Below are positions 61,567-64,000 of a stretch of 64,000 nucleotides of DNA, piece by piece (within the stretch, counting starts at the first letter, position 1; each line of letters begins with the position of its first letter). The DNA comes from an uncultured Chloroflexia bacterium. GTDB lineage: Bacteria > Chloroflexota > Limnocylindria > Limnocylindrales > CSP1-4. The notes under the pieces were generated by a model, which did no database searches, had not been told where the DNA came from, and saw only the letters and a list, made by a program, of their open reading frames with translations. A program made the position numbers and the translations under genes. The stretch covers positions 512,001 to 576,000 of the forward strand of contig CAVVNQ010000003.1 of assembly GCA_963749705.1 (NCBI GenBank). The letters are read 5' to 3'.

Positions 61567-63506
61567 GCGGGGCCGCCGGGGGCGCTCGGTGCGGGGTCCC
61601 GTGACGCGACCTTCTCGACCCGGATCGCGGTGGCCTTGAACTCGGCGGTACCGGATCGGGGATCGGTGGCATCGATGGTCAGCAGGTTGGTCGCCACGTC
61701 GTCCTGGAAGTGGAAGGTCATGAACGCGAGCCCGGGTCGCAGCGCAGGATCGGTCCGGACGGGTACCTCGACCCGGCCGCGTCGTGAGATCGCGCGGACG
61801 CGCTCGCCATCCGCCAGGCCGAGCCGGGCGATGTCCTCCGGTGACAGGTCAAGCGTCTCGCCACGCCGCCGAGGGTACCGGTAGCCGCCCGACTGCACAC
61901 CCGTGTTGTACGAGTCGAGGTGGCGCCCGGTGGTCAGGCGGATCGGGAAGTCGTCGTCGAGACGGTCGACCGGCGGGTCGTGCTCGACCGGGACGAACGG
62001 CGCCCGGTTGCCGGGAACGGGGTCCTCCCACAGCCGGGAGTGGAGGAACAGCTCGCCCGGGTGGCCCTCGTCATAGCACGGCCACTGCAGCCCGCCCTCG
62101 GCCTCGAGCCTCGCGTAGCTCATCCCGTGGAATGCCTGCGCCAGCGCTCGGACCTCGTTCCACACGGCCTCGGGGTCCGGATCACCCCAGTCCGCCCCCA
62201 TGCGCCGGGCGATCTCGAAGATGATCCACAGGTCGTCGCGGGCCTCGCCCGGCGGCGTCAGCGCCCGGTGGACGCGCTGGACCCGGCGCTCGCTGTTGGT
62301 GACCGTGCCCTCGCTCTCGGCCCATGCCGCAGCCGCCGGCAGCACGACGTCGGCGATCTCGGCCGTCCCGGTCAGGAAGATGTCCTGCACGACCAGGAGG
62401 TCGAGACCCCGCAGGCGGCGTTCGGTGAGATGTCGGTCCGCCTCCGACTGCATCGGGTTCTCGCCGATCACGTACAGCGCGGTCAGCTCGCCGCGATCCA
62501 TCGCCAGGAACATGTCGGACAGGTGCCAGCCGCGCTTCGGCGGCACGCGCACACCCCACAGCTGGTCGCACCGCTGGCGCGGCTCGTCCTGCTCCACGTG
62601 CTGGAAGCCGACCAGGCGGTCCGGCAGGGCGCCCATGTCGCCGCCACCCTGGACGTTGTTCTGGCCCCGGAGCGGGTTGAGGCCGCTGCCGTACTTCCCG
62701 ACGTGTCCGGTCAGCAGCGACAGGTTGATCAGCGCGAGCACGTTGTCGACCGCGTTGTGGTGCTCGGTGATCCCCAGCGTCCAGCAGATCATCGCGCGGC
62801 CCGCGCTGGCGTACGCGTGCGCCGCCTCGCGGATCGCCGCTGCGGGGACGCCGGTCTCGCGCTCCGCGAGCTCCAGCGTGTACGGCTCCACCGCGGCTCG
62901 GTAGGCGTCGAACCCGGACGTCGCCCGGTTGATGAACTCCGTGTCGGCGAGCCCTGCCGCGATGATCTCGCGGCCCATCGCGTTGGCCAGCGCGATGTCG
63001 GAGCCGACGTCGAGGCCGAGCCACAGGTCCGCCCACTCGGCGCTCGAGGTGCGGCGGGGGTCGATCGAGATCAGCCGCGCACCCCGACGCACCCCCTTGA
63101 GGAGGTGGTGGAAGAAGATCGGATGCGTCTCCCGGGCATTGCTGCCCCACAGGAGCACGAGATCCGTGTCCTCGACCTCACGATATGAGCTGGTACCGCC
63201 ACCAGCGCCGAACACGGTCGCCAGACCGGCGACAGATGGGGCGTGTCAGGTGCGGTTGCAGCTGTCGATGTTGTTGCTGCCCAGGACGGCCCGGGAGAGC
63301 TTCTGGGCCGCGAAGTTGACCTCGTTGGTCGACTTGCTGCAGCTGAAGATCCCGTATGTCCCGGAGCCGTGCGCCGCGCCCGCCGCCCGGAGCCCGGCGA
63401 CCGTCCGGTCCAGCGCCTCGTCCCACGTCGCGGGGCGGAGGACACCGGTGGCTCGATCGCCGTCGCGCACGAGCGGCGTGGTCAGGCGGACGTACTCCTT
63501 CGGCAC
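61563..63506 (-). CDS. fdhF: Selenocysteine-containing formate dehydrogenase catalytic (molybdopterin) subunit
   Basis: ORFs 63246..63506 and 61563..63215 are in frame across one TGA, giving NNIDSCNRT-U-HAPSVAGL. Also PLRGQNNVQG, GTVTNSERRVQ, LTTGR and TAEFKATA. Confidence 0.92.
63217..63233 (-). promoter_or_regulatory. Bacterial SECIS element
   Basis: mRNA GUCGCC-GGUCU-GGCGAC hairpin starting 12 nt after the UGA (63246-63248), resembling the E. coli fdhF SECIS in position and loop. Confidence 0.8.
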
Positions 63507-63594
63507 TGGCGTGACCTCGGGTAGGGAGTCCGATGCGCCGAGTGTAGATCCGACGGCAATGGCGGTGCGTCAGCGGGCCTCGGCGGAGCGCGGG

Positions 63595-64000
63595 TCAGTC
63601 ACCCGGCCGCTGGCCATAGTCGAGGAGCCGGTCGCGCACCCGGGCGATCTCGGCGTCGTCGAGGACCTCGGGCGTACCCAGCTGGAGCGCGCGCCGCCAG
63701 ACGCCGCACAGCCACTCCACGTCCGTGACGAGCGATGCCGCCGTCACGAGGTCAGGTCCGACGGCCACGGCCCCGTGGTTGGCCATCAGGCAGGCGAGAC
63801 CGGACGCTCCCAGCGTGGCGACGACGGCCCGGACGAGCTCGTCGGTGCCATACGTCGCGTACGGCGCGCACGGGAGCGTCGACGCGCCGAAACGGGCGAC
63901 AGCGAAACGGGCGACCACGTAGTGGATCGCCGGCACCGCCCGGCGCAGCGCCGCGGCCGCCGTCGCCTCCGGCGAATGCGTATGGACCACCGCGCCCACG
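63595..64000 (-). CDS. Class II aldolase/adducin family (L-fuculose-phosphate aldolase-like), 5' end outside the window
   Basis: VVHTHS, APYATYGT.EL and LMANHG (Zn-binding His residues). Confidence 0.85.
   Translation of the reverse strand, partial: VGAVVHTHSPEATAAAALRRAVPAIHYVVARFAVARFGASTLPCAPYATYGTDELVRAVVATLGASGLACLMANHGAVAVGPDLVTAASLVTDVEWLCGVWRRALQLGTPEVLDDAEIARVRDRLLDYGQRPGD

Noticed and set aside
63246-63248. Premature stop suggesting an fdhF pseudogene
   Set aside because: It is an in-frame UGA at the metal-ligand position with a SECIS hairpin, so it is read as selenocysteine.
63888-63915. Short direct duplication giving VARFAVARF in the aldolase
   Set aside because: It is an in-frame 15-bp slippage with no evidence of function.

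Overview
High-GC bacterial DNA. Gene content and widespread leaderless genes suggest a monoderm organism such as Chloroflexota or Actinomycetota (inference). Positions 1-34 kb are mostly metabolic and envelope genes: an MFS transporter, an F420 LLM enzyme, an aldo-keto reductase, a GMC oxidase, an acyl-CoA ligase, mmuM, metH, an S41 protease, tnaA, a GH3 enzyme, a SpoIID/LytB protein with three near-identical 369-bp repeats, a lysA-like gene and fdhD. This half also holds an orphan 764-aa protein with a motif typical of contractile-injection-system cargo. The highlight is a ~19-kb minus-strand redox island at 34.7-53.5 kb. It contains a GAF kinase/NarL regulator pair, a Rieske protein, TPR and NHL beta-propeller proteins, a secreted hexaheme cytochrome with OmcS-nanowire-like motif order, a Pro/Ser-stalked tetraheme cytochrome, ResABC maturation genes, a 10-heme NapC/ImcH-like cytochrome and a Rieske/cytochrome b/decaheme c complex. 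No porin gene is present. This is a candidate cytochrome-nanowire extracellular electron transfer system in a non-Geobacter, probably monoderm, host. It is flanked by fdhD and by a split NAD-linked formate dehydrogenase whose catalytic subunit has an in-frame UGA with a SECIS hairpin (selenocysteine). Three single-base frameshifts in short G/C runs look like assembly errors. No rRNA, tRNA, CRISPR array or transposase was seen. All family calls come from motif recognition by eye, without database searches.
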